From positions 109,988,001-110,052,000 of the forward strand of contig OX597823.1 in assembly GCA_951406725.2 (NCBI GenBank): DNA of 64,000 nucleotides, read 5' to 3'. Shown here in pieces: positions 1 to 13,894 of this stretch. The notes beneath the pieces were generated by a model, which was not told the DNA's origin, ran no database searches, and was given only the letters and a program-made list of their open reading frames with translations. Numbering within the stretch: position 1 is the stretch's first letter; each line of letters opens with the position of its first letter. This DNA is from Octopus vulgaris (lineage: Eukaryota). Position numbers and translations under genes: made by a program.

Positions 1-277
1 GCACTAGTAATCACTCCAAACACCATGATGTTGACTAGATGTTTGATTTTATCACTCTTAGTACATGCCCTCATATTGCACTGTCCTCAGATAGACACTC
101 TAACACTACAGTATATTGTTTCCAAATTTCTGGCAGGGTGAATTGCGTCATGGTGCTGTTTTTATGTCAGGTGGTGCCCAACTAACCCTACTATACAGTG
201 TTATCGACAAAGTCAAAAACAAACAATGCGCGAAATTAAAAATATAAAATGGCAAACTTTCGCCCATCGCACCCCTG
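1..277 (-). mobile_element. Tc1/mariner-superfamily (maT/DD37D-like) DNA transposon remnant, internally deleted, runs off window start
   Basis: Terminus reads TA-CAGGGGTG on the minus strand (TA at 278-279). Minus-strand translation near 1-50 gives KHLVNIMVFGVITS, resembling the KHP.xVMVxGxIxS motif of these transposases. Confidence 0.55.
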
Positions 278-332
278 TATGTATATATGATATGTGTTTA
301 TATGTATGTATGTATGAATGTATGTATGTATT

Positions 333-381
<49 letters not shown>

Positions 382-635
382 GCACACATACATACAAACG
401 TACGTGTACACATACACATATATTCATGTAACTATATATATGTGTCCCCGTGGTAATGACTGCGAAGTTGTATTATTTAGCATTGGATTAAATACATTTT
501 TACATAATAAATACCAGGCTAAATTTAAACTTGGTACTCTCTATATCATGGACTAAACGAAACTTGAACATGTGCCCCCTATAGTATCAATCCCGTTATT
601 GAAACCACAAAATACCAGTTCAAAATACCAGTTCA

Positions 636-694
<59 letters not shown>

Positions 695-823
695 AAATAT
701 CCGCATACTCTTGTAATACATAATAGTTGTTAATAAGAGAGAGAGAGAGATAGAGAGAGGGGGAGAAAGAGGGAAAGATTTACCAGCGGATTGGAACGTA
801 ACACCTTTCTGGTAGATCCCGAC

Positions 824-922
824 CCCCCGATGAAATAGCCAGTTAACCAGTTTGAATATGAAAATTTTTAATTAATTCAATTTCTCAAATTGAATTCATT
901 GGCTATGGAAACGGCTGTAGGG
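824..922 (+). ncRNA. Type-I hammerhead-like motif (PLE-type, long stem II)
   Basis: CCC-CCGATGA-(ATAGCCAGT...ATTGGCTAT stem II)-GAAAC-GGCT-GTA-GGG. The core has U4C. Confidence 0.55.
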
Positions 923-3478
923 ATAAGAATATCATATCATATTAATATGAATATCTTTGAATAAATGTCAATATGTCAATATTTCAATTTCTCCATTTTC
1001 TTCTTTTTCTCATTCACACACACACAATCATACACACAGAGAAAAACACAAGCACACACATATATATTTATACAAATATATATGCATATATTTATATATA
1101 TATTCACACATACATACACACAAATGTATATATGCACGAACTCAAAGACATAAGCACACACACACAAACACGCACACACACACACATATACATATAAAGA
1201 GAAAGAAAATGTGAGCATGAAATTATACTGAGTGGAAAAAGTATACTGACTGGGTGAATATATGTAAAATAGGGAGTTAGGGTTATAACCATCGGTCATG
1301 TGGTATTATCTAAGCAATTAGTAGACGAGAACTCGTTCGAGAAGTGTTTAGCACCTAAAACAACCAGAAGTCATGATTGCAAAACGTTGGGTAGATGGAG
1401 ATTTTTGAACAACAATTCTCTGTGACACGTTGAAAGTTGTGTCAGGGAAAGTTTAGTCAAAATTGATCAGAAGACTACTGCAACCGCCTCGGTAAATTAT
1501 TGAACGCATACACAATTTCAGAATTAACCAATTGGCAAAATTGAAATAGGTGAATGAAGAATAAATAGCAGTATTTAAATGAATAGAAAGAAATGAAACA
1601 AAGAGCATAATACGAATCGATTTCTACATGTGTAAACTATTCTGTATATTTAAAATGTAATTCAAGGAGTTGCACGTAAACATAACAAGTGCACGCTTAC
1701 ATGCGCCCACACATATAAATCCAATCCAATCATGCAAACACAAAAACACATGCATGCATGTGTGCAAACATACATACATTTGCCCTATCTGTTTAACTAT
1801 TCTGATATTGTTTTGCGCTGTGAAACATGGATAACAGATTAAAAGAATTATTTGTGTGCATATTACCTAAGTGTGCCACTCAGGCCATGCACAACAAAAG
1901 CCTTCAGCCATATGGACCAAACACACAACATGAGCAAAAAATAGCTATTTTCTTTCTCCTTTCTCCAAACACTCTCAGTAGTTAATCTGCTCCAGTTTAT
2001 AAGGCTTTCAAAGCAGAAATCGGCTATGGTTAGTCTCACGGATCATTAAGCTAAAACCTCATCTCAAATGTTTTGCTACTCTCACAGACTCAAGGTCATG
2101 AATTTCTCATTTCAAAAATAAGGCCACGCATATAAAACTTTAAATTATCATGATTTTAATCTTCATTCCACCATTGGCATTTCTCAGCAACAACTGACTG
2201 CATTCTGACCAGTGGTTTTATTAATTTATCTAGTTGTTTTATTTATTTATTTCTACTTTCATTCAGTTGCTATTGATTGTTAGGATCTGCTGGAGCGAAG
2301 GAACTCATCCATGCCTGTTGGTATTTTCGAAGGATTAAGAAGAAGGCCGAAAAACCAGTAAATCCAACGGTGGTTGTGTCTGTTGTTTGTTACAATACTT
2401 CTCACGCTGATGATACTGATGATGGTAGTAGTTTATATGTGTTTGAACTGCGAAAGGCGCATGTAGTAAGGTGTATAGTGGCGAGGGGAGAGTAAAAAAC
2501 TCTTATGCCTCGTTTAAGTTACGAGTTAGTTCCTGCCATTCTGCTGAAAGAACTCAGCCTTAACATCACTTCTCTCCTACCAAACGCCACCCTGACCAAC
2601 AACACCATCTAAATACTTTGTTTTGTAGCCAATTGCGCCAAAGCGATAGATATAGATTCGCAGATAATCTGAATGAGGACGAAAATAAATAACGCCAAAT
2701 AATAATACTACCAATAATAAATGATAAAGAAGAGTAAAAGAAAAGAATACACAGAAAATAGATAGATGTAAAGGTGGAAGGAGAAGTAGAGGTAAATAGA
2801 TAAAATAATGGTTTGGCGGATATTTTGTAGTTATTTTACAGTTGGGAAGCTGAACAAATAGATTTTCTCGACAGGCCCTATTATAATAATTCATCATGTT
2901 GAGCGTGGCTTGATCAACTGAAGAGTGCTGTTGTGTTGCCTCAATATGACCAATCGGTAAATATACTTTGGCTCAAAGAGGAAGTAGAATCTAATAAGAT
3001 ATATAACAGGAAGTTGATGCCGACTGGTAAGTACGGCAGAATCTGAGAACTCTGCAGACAAATTGTTCATTCGCAATGAAATATTACAGATTTATCAAAC
3101 TGGAAACTAATGGTTCTTCTTTCATACAACTATATCTACATATCAGTTGTGATATATGCCTAAGGGATGAACATATGTTTGAGCATATAAATATATGATA
3201 TTGAGTGTGTGTGTGTGTCAGTGTTGCGATATATGTTTATGTGGGTGATAGTGTATATACGCAGCACAAGTGTAGATTACAGTGAGTATATGATAGATAA
3301 ATACATGTATGTGTGCAAAACAGTGTTTTACATTCTGAGGAAAACATAAATGTGAGAATTCTGTCTGTTCATTATGTGTCCGTAGCACTATAATAGATCA
3401 ATTTTGTACACAACATAATTTATACATATATTTTTGTGTATGTACATGCGTCTGTGTATACACAGACATACATATTTG

Positions 3479-3480
<2 letters not shown>

Positions 3481-3554
<74 letters not shown>

Positions 3555-3624
3555 TGTGTATATATGTGTATATACATATATAAATGTTTATATATCTCTA
3601 TAAGTCTATATGTATATATCTATA

Positions 3625-3691
<67 letters not shown>

Positions 3692-3767
3692 TGTGTGTGT
3701 GTGTTAGATAGAGGGAGCGTGAGAGAGACCGACAGACAAATGCATATATATCTAATATATATATATA

Positions 3768-3823
<56 letters not shown>

Positions 3824-3982
3824 CATAATGTGCGCATTTATAGGCTGTCGTATGTTTGCAGGCCTGGTTACCATAAACAACGTAAAAGTTAGATAAGAAA
3901 CTTGATTTCTTGATTTCATAAGCGAACTTACAGTACATAAACAAATGTACATAGATGTACATATATACATGCCTAATTATAA

Positions 3983-4027
<45 letters not shown>

Positions 4028-4100
4028 TGCATACATACATACACGCACACATATATGAATGGACCCGTGTATATATGTGTGTGTGTGTGTGTGTGTATGG
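3481..4100. repeat. Compound (TA)n/(GA)n/(TG)n microsatellite block
   Basis: Direct reading. Source of the YIYIY ORFs. Confidence 0.95.
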
Positions 4101-4482
4101 GGTTGTAGAAAGTCTGTATTGCTGGGGTTGTAATATCGATTATAGACCATTTGTTCAATACAGATTACTTAGTAATACCAATAATAACCGACTGTAGGAA
4201 ATTAACTCGACTCTATATTATTAAGTGGACTCTACTTTGTGCCCGGATTTCTCCAACACCACCACCAACACCACCACCACCACCACCACCACATATACAT
4301 ACGCGCACGTAGACATACACTCACACGTATTCTCATAATTATTCCTCTTTCCTACTGATTTCATATATTTGTTCGTTACTTACTATTAGGTATGAACTAA
4401 TTATTCATTGTCCAAACTAAAGTACATAAAGAATGTTCGAATCCAGTTAGTACATCACTTTCTCGTATTTATAGTTAAAGGA

Positions 4483-4950
4483 CCTGGTTTAACGGTTAGG
4501 GTAATGAGCTCGGAATCCTTAGGTCGTTGGTTCGACTCTTGAGCAAACTGACGCGTTGTGTATTTCATTAAAGCATTTATTTCATGGAATCTACTAAAAT
4601 TTAGTTGAAAAGAGTATCTATTTCTTTACTACCCACAAGGGGCTAAACACAGAGAGGACAAACAAGGATAGACAAACGGATTAAGTCGATTATATTGACC
4701 TCGGTGCGTAACTGGTACTTATTTAATCGACCCCGAAAGGATGAAAGGCAAAGTCGACCTCGGCGGAATTTGAACTCAGAACACAACGGCATACGAAATA
4801 CGGCTACGCATTTCGTATCAGTGACATCTAGAGATTAACTCTGGGACGTTGCAGGGATCTCATGTGCGTCCCGCTGGAGGGCTTTCATGTGCTCTGCGAA
4901 ATTCCGGATAAGTTCCTGCCTCGGAGGCTGTAGTAACTATTAGGTAACGT
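4483..4950 (+). mobile_element. Old tRNA-derived SINE interrupted by a younger SINE
   Basis: A-box-like TGGTTTAACGG and B-box-like GGTTCGACTC at about 4485-4540. The body resumes after 4815. Confidence 0.5.
4619..4814 (-). mobile_element. SINE family A (tRNA head, Meta-domain-like centre), 5'-truncated
   Basis: Matches the other family A copies (GCCTTTCATCCTTTCGGGGTCGAT...AAGTACCAG; tail GCCCCTTGTGGG..TAAAGAAAT). GTATC flanks both sides (4614-4618, 4815-4819). Confidence 0.9.
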
Positions 4951-5028
4951 ATCCTATTTATGAATAAGATTTTGTCCGCCACCGATATGTATATTTATAT
5001 TTAATTTAAAAGCAAAACTTGAACCATA

Positions 5029-5420
5029 ATTGTTTCAAAATTTGGCACAATTTTAGTGGCTGGATTAGTCGATTATATCTTCCCAAGATCTGGTATTTTC
5101 TTTTATTGACCCGAAAAGGATGGGAAAATAAGCTGACTTCAGAGGGATCAGAATTCAGAACGTTCAGACCTAGAAAATTTGCTGCTGAGCATTTTGTCCG
5201 GCACAACTCAAGATATAATTATAAGCAGAAAAACTGAAATTTAGTGGGAGTGGGGGGTTGGCTAGTCAATTACATCGAGCCCAGTGTTGAGCCGTTACTT
5301 ATTTTATTGTCTCAAGGGGAAGAAAGCGAAGTTGATCTCGATGGGATTTGAACTCAGAAGATTCAGAGACAGAAGAAATACCGTTGTGCATTTTGTTCCA
5401 CGCACGTTGCAATGCCATCA
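5029..5420 (-). mobile_element. Two tandem, diverged older family-A-related SINEs
   Basis: Degenerate GACCCGAAAAGGATG / TTTGAACTCAGAA motifs and a TTGTGCCAAATTTTGAAAC-type tail. Confidence 0.6.
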
Positions 5421-5567
5421 ATCCTTGCTAGTATCCTTGCTAGGCTGATAACCTTGTGCATAACTCAATATGAATATGATTTAGAACGAAGCGCTAGTCG
5501 AGCATAGAGTTGAAATAAGAAAATGAGATGACAAAAAAAATAATCGATTATGTTATGAATATCATTA

Positions 5568-5646
5568 GCTTACAGCTGTTTCTGCTAAAAGATGCAATGG
5601 ACTCAGAGCTCAGTGCCTGAGATATACCTTATAGCCTCACCGGAGC
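5568..5646 (-). ncRNA. Degenerate PLE-type hammerhead motif
   Basis: Minus strand GCT-CCGGTGAG-GCTA...TAGC-A-GAAAC-AGCT-GTA-AGC. Confidence 0.45.
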
Positions 5647-5675
5647 ATTGAATATGAAGGTACTTCATATTCGAG

Positions 5676-5792
5676 GCGAGCTGGCAGAATCGTTATCACG
5701 CCTGGCGAAATGCGTAGCCGTATTTCGTCTGCCGTTACGTTCTGAGTTCAAATTCCGCCGAGGTCGACTTTGCCTTTCATCCTTTCGGGGTC
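5676..5792 (+). mobile_element. SINE family A, 3'-truncated
   Basis: GGCGAGCTGGCAGAATCG...GAGTTCAAATTCC...CCTTTCGGGGTC. Confidence 0.9.
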
Positions 5793-5793
5793 T

Positions 5794-5952
5794 ATAGGTA
5801 CTTCATATTCGAGGCTCCAATGAAATAGGTACTTCATATTCGAGGCTCCAATGAAACTATAAGCAAATAGGTACTTCATATTCGAGGCTCCAATGAAACT
5901 ATAAGCAAATAGGTACTTCATATTCGAGGCTTCAATGAAACTATAAGCAATA
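5794..5952 (+). repeat. Tandem repeat of about 42 bp, 4 units (first unit shortened)
   Basis: ATAGGTACTTCATATTCGAGGCTCCAATGAAACTATAAGCAA repeated. The unit start also precedes the SINE at about 5659. Confidence 0.9.
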
Positions 5953-6959
5953 AGCTATACGCTATAATTTAGTATATGATATTTCGCGTGTGATACGTTC
6001 TACGTTCCCTGTTTTAGAGCGAAATCATATAATTTAAATTTGTTGCTGTGATTTTGCTGTAGAGAAGATTAGTGGGAGCATGTGAGTATGTGACGTCATA
6101 TGCGATTTCGGATGGATGTTTAGTTTATGAATGTGTATTAAAGCTGTGTACGTATAGCTTTAAAAAGTGGATAAAAAGTTGGGCCTATGTGACATCCTAC
6201 AGCAAAAATTGTAGCCCATTGTATGGTTTATAGGCTTGGTAGCCTATCAAAGATCAGTCAATGCTTTCTGTTGTTTCTTAAAGTAGTGCGCTCAGTAGTT
6301 TTTTCTTGACTTAACTGCAGTAAAATAAGTTAAAAGTTTTGCTGATATCAATGATATTTCGAATGATACTTTTAAGATAATTTTTGTTGTTGCTGAAGTC
6401 ATCAATTATCTTATATGTTGAATTCTTTTACTACTGTGACAATAATGTTTTGCATACATGGTTGTAAATTGTTATCGTGGAAGTGTTTAACGAGCAAGGA
6501 TGGAAAATGGCATTAGATGAGTGTTAGATTGAGGTGGCAGATGGTGAAAGCAATTGTTTGCGCAAGGGAATGTTAGAAATTGTGGATAGAAGCTGCTCTT
6601 AAGGATTTTTCTGGGAGATATAGTTGACGGGTTAAAATATTTGGTGGTTATATGGGCTGATAAAAGAAGGTCAGTTATGCAATTTGATAGCAAAAAGAGA
6701 ATCGCAATATAGAACTACAGTGTCGCTGGTGATGATTCAAATGTGCCACTGATTCGTCCTCTGCATTTCTTACAACAGTTCAAGTGACAAGGGAATATTT
6801 AATTAGATGTAGAACAAATATTTCTTGGGAACTCAATAGAAAAGCATATTTTCTTTCGACACGTATGGTGCGCACAGTGGAAACGGTCCTAGAAATCAAA
6901 GCTGTTACAACACAACTAGACAGATGGCCATTTGTGAAATAACATTTTTTGACATGAAA

Positions 6960-7222
6960 GTGAGTGGTTAAGTGGTTAAGGTATTATGCTTACAAATGTA
7001 TGATTGTGGGATCGGTTCCCGAACTGGGCCGCGTATTGCGTATATGTGCTATGTACTTTATTTTAAGCCACCCCTGCACTGACAGCTAAATATGAGCAAC
7101 AAACAGGTGGTTGATTAAAGATGCAACCAACGGGTGTCGCGTCCAGGTGAACTGATATATTCTCTGTTGCTTAAACATCTCGAATCGCCGGTCAGATCTG
7201 ACTTATGATTCCTGTGGTTAGA
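6960..7222 (+). mobile_element. Old tRNA-derived SINE
   Basis: TGGTTAAGTGG A-box-like and GGATCGGTTCC B-box-like motifs. The 3' part resembles the tail of the 36175-36462 SINE. Confidence 0.5.
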
Positions 7223-7649
7223 CATATATAATTTTATTTATAGTGTGTAATATTAATTTTCTTTGATCTAATGTATATTTTTTTTGTATGGAAAATACAG
7301 TCACTGAATACTGCATGTTTGATATATATCATATATGAAATTTATCAAATGCTTGATGCCTTTCCGTAATAGTTGAACATAAACCACTTCATATTTAGAA
7401 AGTCATCAGCTGATCAGATTTGATAACTTTCCTAAGTTTTCTGAGAGAATTTAGATTTGGAATATTATGGAACACTTAGTCAACATAGAATATATTCAAA
7501 ATATAATTTTAATATTTAATTAATTCCTCTGATTTTCTTGCTAATAAATTCATGGAAAATTTGTAAGCATCTGAATGATGAATTCGTGGATAATAATTTG
7601 ATGAAGATTGCATGTATTAAACTCGGAATATGTTTTGTGTTCAAGAAAT

Positions 7650-7856
7650 ATTGGTTTCAAATTTTGGCACAACCCAGCAATTTCGAAGTAAAGGGCTAGT
7701 TGATTATATCGATCCCACTACTGAACTGGTATTTACCTTATCGAGACAAACAGGGTGGCAGGCAAGTTCGACCTCCATCGAATTTGATGGTCAGATAGAT
7801 AAAATACGGGTAAGTATTTTACCCGGGTTGCTAACAACTCTGCCATGTTATCGCCT
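7650..7856 (-). mobile_element. Older family-A-related SINE
   Basis: Diverged head and centre, with tail TTGTGCCAAAATTTGAAACC. Confidence 0.65.
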
Positions 7857-7897
7857 TTCACGTTAAATACATATTATCAACTTAAGAAAAATTCACT

Positions 7898-8276
7898 AGA
7901 CACGGGGGTGGCAGTGTGGTAAGTAGCTTGCTTACCAACCACATGGTTCCGTGTTCAGTCCCACTGCATGGCACATTGGGCAAGTGTCTTCTACTATAGC
8001 CTTGTGAGTGGATTTGGTAGACAGAAACTGAGAGAAGTCCGTCGTATTTGTATGTATATATGTATCTGTGTATGGCTGTGTGTCTTTGTTTGTCCCCCTA
8101 GCATTGCTTGACAAGCGATGCTGGTGTGTTTATGTCCCCGACATTTAGCGGTTCGGCAAAAGAGACCGATAGAATAAGTACTGGGCTTAGAAAGAATAAG
8201 TCCCGGGGTCGATTTTCTCGACTAAAGGCGGTGCTCCAGCATGGCTGCAGTCAAATGACAGAAACAAGTAAAAGAG
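7898..8276 (+). mobile_element. SINE family B (tRNA head, CORE-like TTGGGCAAGTGTCTT domain, internal TA/TG tract)
   Basis: Near-identical to 24984-25389 (-) and 44862-45293 (+). Confidence 0.9.
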
Positions 8277-8982
8277 AGAAAAAGAGAGAGAGAGAGAGAG
8301 GGAAAGAGAGAGGCAGAGAGAGACAATATCAACAATAACAGATTATTGACTCAACTCCACCTTGAGGTTTGGAAGAAAAAATTTGTTATAATATAAAGTA
8401 CTTTTACTACATGAGAAATTATTTATACCGATTTAGATCCTTAATGCTCATTCAAGTAATATTTGTTGAAACGCAAATTCGATAACAATGGATGAAGTAC
8501 TTGTTGCTGGGCCGTACCTGCTGGATATAATTTGATGATATCTTAGTGGAAACTATTTGCCTTCTTGCGAAATCTAGCAAAATTCCTAATATTAACATCT
8601 GGAACGATATATTTTAATGTTATATGTCCTATAATATTGTTTTGATCGTCTTTCTATTTTCTTGCGTCACAGATAAAGGTTTTATGTAGCAGCAATTGAA
8701 AAGGTTCCTGCGCGAGGACAACAGCTTCAAAACCATGAAATTGAAGAATATATTATTTTCTGAAGATATCAAAACACCAGTATATCTCTACGCCATAAGA
8801 ATAAAAATGGTATTTAAAAAAGTATTAGAATAAACGATTGTGCATATGCATATATACAAGCAAACGTATGTGCATGCATATATATACATGCATAAATACA
8901 TACATATAAACATACATATATTTACGTATATCTATATCAATATCTATCTATATGTACCTATCTCTCTCTTTCTCTCTCTCTC

Positions 8983-9060
<78 letters not shown>

Positions 9061-9064
<4 letters not shown>

Positions 9065-9426
9065 CAAAATAAGCAACAAGGACATCCAAATGTAGTGCTG
9101 TACAATTGTTTCATGCTACTTCATTTAATTAAACAATGTAAGTATTACATCAGTTTTAAAATGTAGAGCAATCTTCAGTCACATATGGAATTTTTTAATT
9201 AAATTGACAATATCCATTTTTACACTTATTCCATTTTCCAACATTACAAAGAGGGTAGGTATATAGACAGAGAGGTGAATCTCATTAACAGAAACATGGT
9301 AGTAAATGATCTTTACTCACGGGTAGATTTCTTATCACGATAATTACATTGTTTAATTAAATGAAAAAGCATGAAACAATTGTACTGCACTAACTTTGGA
9401 TATCCTTGTCGCTTAATTTGATTATA
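9061..9426. mobile_element. PLE-like element with about 80-bp inverted arms and a hammerhead-like motif (9095-9184, -)
   Basis: 9061-9145 is the reverse complement of about 9345-9425. Minus strand reads CTGAAGA-TTGCT...AGCAT-GAAAC-AATT-GTA. Confidence 0.6.
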
Positions 9427-9590
9427 ATCAACCCATTCGATTTTTATGGATAATACCATACAAAATTCTGGTGCCTTTAACTTAAGTACTATATTCATCT
9501 GAATCTAAAATTTTTACTGAACTTATACATATATATATAAAGCAAATGCATAAAATGAAAATATTTAAATTGAAAATGAAGATGCAAAGA

Positions 9591-9704
<114 letters not shown>

Positions 9705-10003
9705 ATTATGGACGGTGGTAGAAAGGTAAGGAGTGGCGATATAAAAAGTCTGGACAGCGAAGTGTAGTCAAGGCACCACCAGACGGCGAATTTCAGAGGC
9801 AAAAAACAGCAAAGCTGACATGTATTGGCAGTAAATCTAAAATTTCACAGCAATCATTTTACTTTCTGTCTGCTACTTATGTCTACGAGAAAAAAAATCT
9901 TGTAAACTTGCATTTTGCAACTCTGTTATTATTATTTGTATTTCAGTGTGTGGGAGATTGCTGTTGTTGGTGTTTTTGCTGTTGTAGTTGTTATTGTTAT
10001 TGA

Positions 10004-10078
<75 letters not shown>

Positions 10079-10195
10079 ACCCTTTCTGTCTACTTTGATT
10101 TCTGCTTGAGACGCCGTTCAAATATTGCAGTCCATTATGTAATCCTCAGTGAAATTGAATTTATCAATTTAGATAAAAGGTCGGAAAATGAATAA

Positions 10196-10284
<89 letters not shown>
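10004..10284. repeat. (ATT)n and (AAT)n tracts in opposite orientation
   Basis: Direct reading (10004-10077 and 10197-10284). Confidence 0.95.
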
Positions 10285-10285
<1 letters not shown>

Positions 10286-11084
10286 GACAACAACAACAAT
10301 AATATATTTTTCCAACAAGCATGAATATAAGAGAAAAAATAGCGAACATAAAATCGCAGTGGTTAGTGTGTGAGTGGGCAAATGTATATACTTATGTATA
10401 TAAAATATATGTGCGTATATAAGTATATATATTTGAGGTTATCTAGCTACATAGCTGTATATATATATATATATATATATATTGATTGATAGATAGACAG
10501 ATAGATATATACATACAGATATACATATATATGTATATATACATGTGCTTATATACGTAAGTGCGTACATACATACATACATACATACATGCATACATAC
10601 ATACATATACACAACTTAAGGGATGAAAATATATAATGAATGTATAAAAATTGTAAAAACTTTCTTTACAATGTTACCCACATCAAGTTTCTACCGGCCA
10701 ACGTTTTCAAATGCAGCTGTTGTTGTTGTGTTGTCAATGCATTTGTTCTTATTACTTATTTGTTTTCATTGGTTTATCATTTGATTGACATTTTTAGTTC
10801 TATATTCTGTTCACTTTTCTTCCTTGTCAGTTGTTTTTCCTTCCTGAAACAATATTTTTTTTCTTTTTCCATATTTTTACTTCGCTTCCAGATTATTTTT
10901 TTAGTTTCATTTTCTACTCCACCAACGACCTCCTAATCACTCTAACCACTGTTCTGTTTCCCTTGTTCTCTTTCGTTCTCTCCACTTCTCTCTGAATGAA
11001 TGTAACGTAATAAGTGTACGTTCGTATGTATGCATTTATGTATACATACATACGTGTATTCTAAATGTCTAATATATGATATAC

Positions 11085-11199
<115 letters not shown>

Positions 11200-11838
11200 A
11201 TTATATATGGATATATATGCATATATATATATATATACACACATACATATATATATATGTATCAATGTGTGTGTATGAGCGTGTGTGTGTATTTGTGTAA
11301 GTGTTTACGTATGTATGTAAGTATATTTGTATAGATGTATAGTTAAAACTCCTCCCCCATCCTCTTACCAATTCCAACTTTTTTCCATTCACCAGCTCGT
11401 GCCATCCTTCATATTTAACATATATGTTAAAATTAAATTGAAACGGGTGACAGATGAAAGTGGTCTATTTCAATTTCAATTTAACCGCTACTGCTCATGG
11501 TAACCAATCCTAATTTCCATAATCCAACGTCTTCATTTGCAAGCGTCATAACATTTATTAAAATTTATTTATTTTTACTGTACCCGCTTCAATATACCAT
11601 ACATCTCCCACACACTTATATGTAAGGTTTTCAGCTACCCTTACCGCATGCATAGCATTAATTCTCCATACGCAGTTTCTTCATTCTTTTTCTTAGGAAT
11701 TAGATTTAGACTATATTTCATTTGATGAAAATTAACTCTTTGTATAAATTTGTGTGTTCGTGCACACATATATAGAAAATATATGCATGCATACATACAT
11801 ACATACATACATACATACATACATACATAGATAATATA

Positions 11839-11870
<32 letters not shown>

Positions 11871-12679
11871 ATTTGGGAATAAATTAAACTTACAGGGAAA
11901 AATGAGATTTAGGATTAAATCCAATTTTATAGTATAAATATATTATATTATATTAAATTATATTAGAGATAAAACCACTATTAGGCAAATCAAACAGTGA
12001 AAAATATAAGCCAATACATAAAATTAATTTAAAAATATAAAAGTTAAAAATAAAAAATTATTTAAATAATTTAAACTTATAAATTTTATATATATATACA
12101 AATATATATATATGTATGTATGTATATTTTTAAAAGTTTAATAAAAGATAAAGAGCAAAACACTACGATCATATATATACATACGCACATCCACATACAA
12201 ATCCACACACATATATGATATAATGTAATATAATTCAAAAATATTCATGTGCAAAATTTTTGTACAAAAATATCTAAAAAGGTTTTAAAGATGTTAAACC
12301 ACTGCTTTTTTTGTGACTGAAAGTTTTAACCAGATGTGAATGCAAAGCATTTTTGTAGTATTTTTTCATCCTGCAAAATAAGTAATATTGCCCTTATATA
12401 CCACACAGAGAAGTAAAATATCCTTTTCTTTTTGTGACCCACCACAAGAAATTTTAACAGATTGTAACTTATATATCAAACATAAACTAAAACGTACGAA
12501 TTGTGCTTACACAAGTTTGGTTCCTATGCGTTTATCTGCGGTGTGGTGTAATATTTAAAAAAAATATATACTAATGGTTTAGGTATATAATTTTAAAATA
12601 ATACCATCTTTTCTTAGCCAGAGAAATGAGAAGTAAATGTGCATTAGTGTTAAGCAGTTATGAGGACTATGACCTTAAT

Positions 12680-13320
12680 TGTTCTGTTTATGAAGAATGA
12701 GAAAAGAATCTGTTTTTGTACGCATACATTTGCCTGGTTTAATTTGCTGTTCAACGTGCGAATCTCATTTTTCGCAAACACCCAAATCATTACAGTTAAT
12801 TCTCTTGCTGATCAATCCAGTATTCAAACATCATGATAGAAAGGATATCTGGAAATATATCCTGATATTATAATATTTGAATATTACTGCCCATTATGGT
12901 TTCTCTACATATAAGGAAAAGGAACATGGTAATTGTAGCAACCAAGAGATTGGTCACCAGAATATTGATCTGGCAGGTCTTGGCTATTGGAACGCTTTAC
13001 AAACCCCGAACATTATTCACACCAACACCACCATGAGTACTACAGTATTTGTACAAAGTAGAAAATATTCCATCACAGTAACCAAAGATGCTCTTTTGAA
13101 TTTCATAAGCCATCAAAGGCTTGGTTCTTTATTTGGATGAAATCTTCCAAAAGTGCCAAACTTCAGGTACCGGGTTATATTGTTATATTTTGTATTTAGG
13201 CAAACAACAACTGCCTATTTTAGCGGGCTATAATGTCCTGAAGCATGACGAAAAGTGTACTTCAGGTGGTTCTATTAAGTTACACATAGACTGGGACAAA
13301 GCCTAAGTACATCAAATTTT
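12680..13320 (-). mobile_element. Possible piggyBac transposase relic
   Basis: Minus-strand FHPNKEPSL*WLMKFKRASLVTVMEY at about 13065-13145 resembles the piggyBac P.xxLSxDExMxxFKGR...QY region. Heavily decayed, boundaries approximate. Confidence 0.4.
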
Positions 13321-13862
13321 GTTTGAATAATCTGACTCACTGTTATATCTGGTTAAAAGTGTTACAGAAAGATACACAATCGAGCACAGCCTCACGTACG
13401 CGCCACCGTCAAATTCATATAGATATGAGAATTCTTTTACAATCCTACCGAACTCCCGACCACATAGATTGAACTCCTGTATAACATGTCAGCTCAGATG
13501 GAAATATGTACAACCTGAATTTATTCAAGCCTAAATCCCCAACTTCTGTTTTATCATTTACAATAGTAAAAAGTTTGATTCTCCTAAAGACAAAGTATTT
13601 GAGAAGGAGAGACAGAAACATTATGTTTCTGGAATATCTAATAGCGGTGTAATAATGAGAAGTGCGCACTCACACATACTTACATAGACATGCACATACA
13701 GGTATAAATACACATTTATATGCATGTACGTATGAATGTGTGTATGTTTGCACACGTTCGATGATATTTATACATATATATGTGTGTATATATAAATATA
13801 TATATATATTATATATATATATATATACAAAAATACACAAATTACACAAATATATATATACG

Positions 13863-13894
<32 letters not shown>

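Noticed and set aside
2669-2685. CTGAATGAGGACGAAA hammerhead-like string
   Set aside because: No stem II or stem I pairing. Probably a chance match.
5794-5952. CRISPR-like array
   Set aside because: The units are contiguous with no unique spacers, there are no cas genes, and the context is eukaryotic.
5990-6690. Penelope RT relic upstream of the 5568 hammerhead (AVGCHIGPTF resembles AMGSxLGPT)
   Set aside because: Only one weak motif, and no YVDD-like motif was found.
13446-13512. Possible minus-strand exon (AG...GTAGGA)
   Set aside because: Weak polypyrimidine tract, no recognisable protein, and no partner exons.
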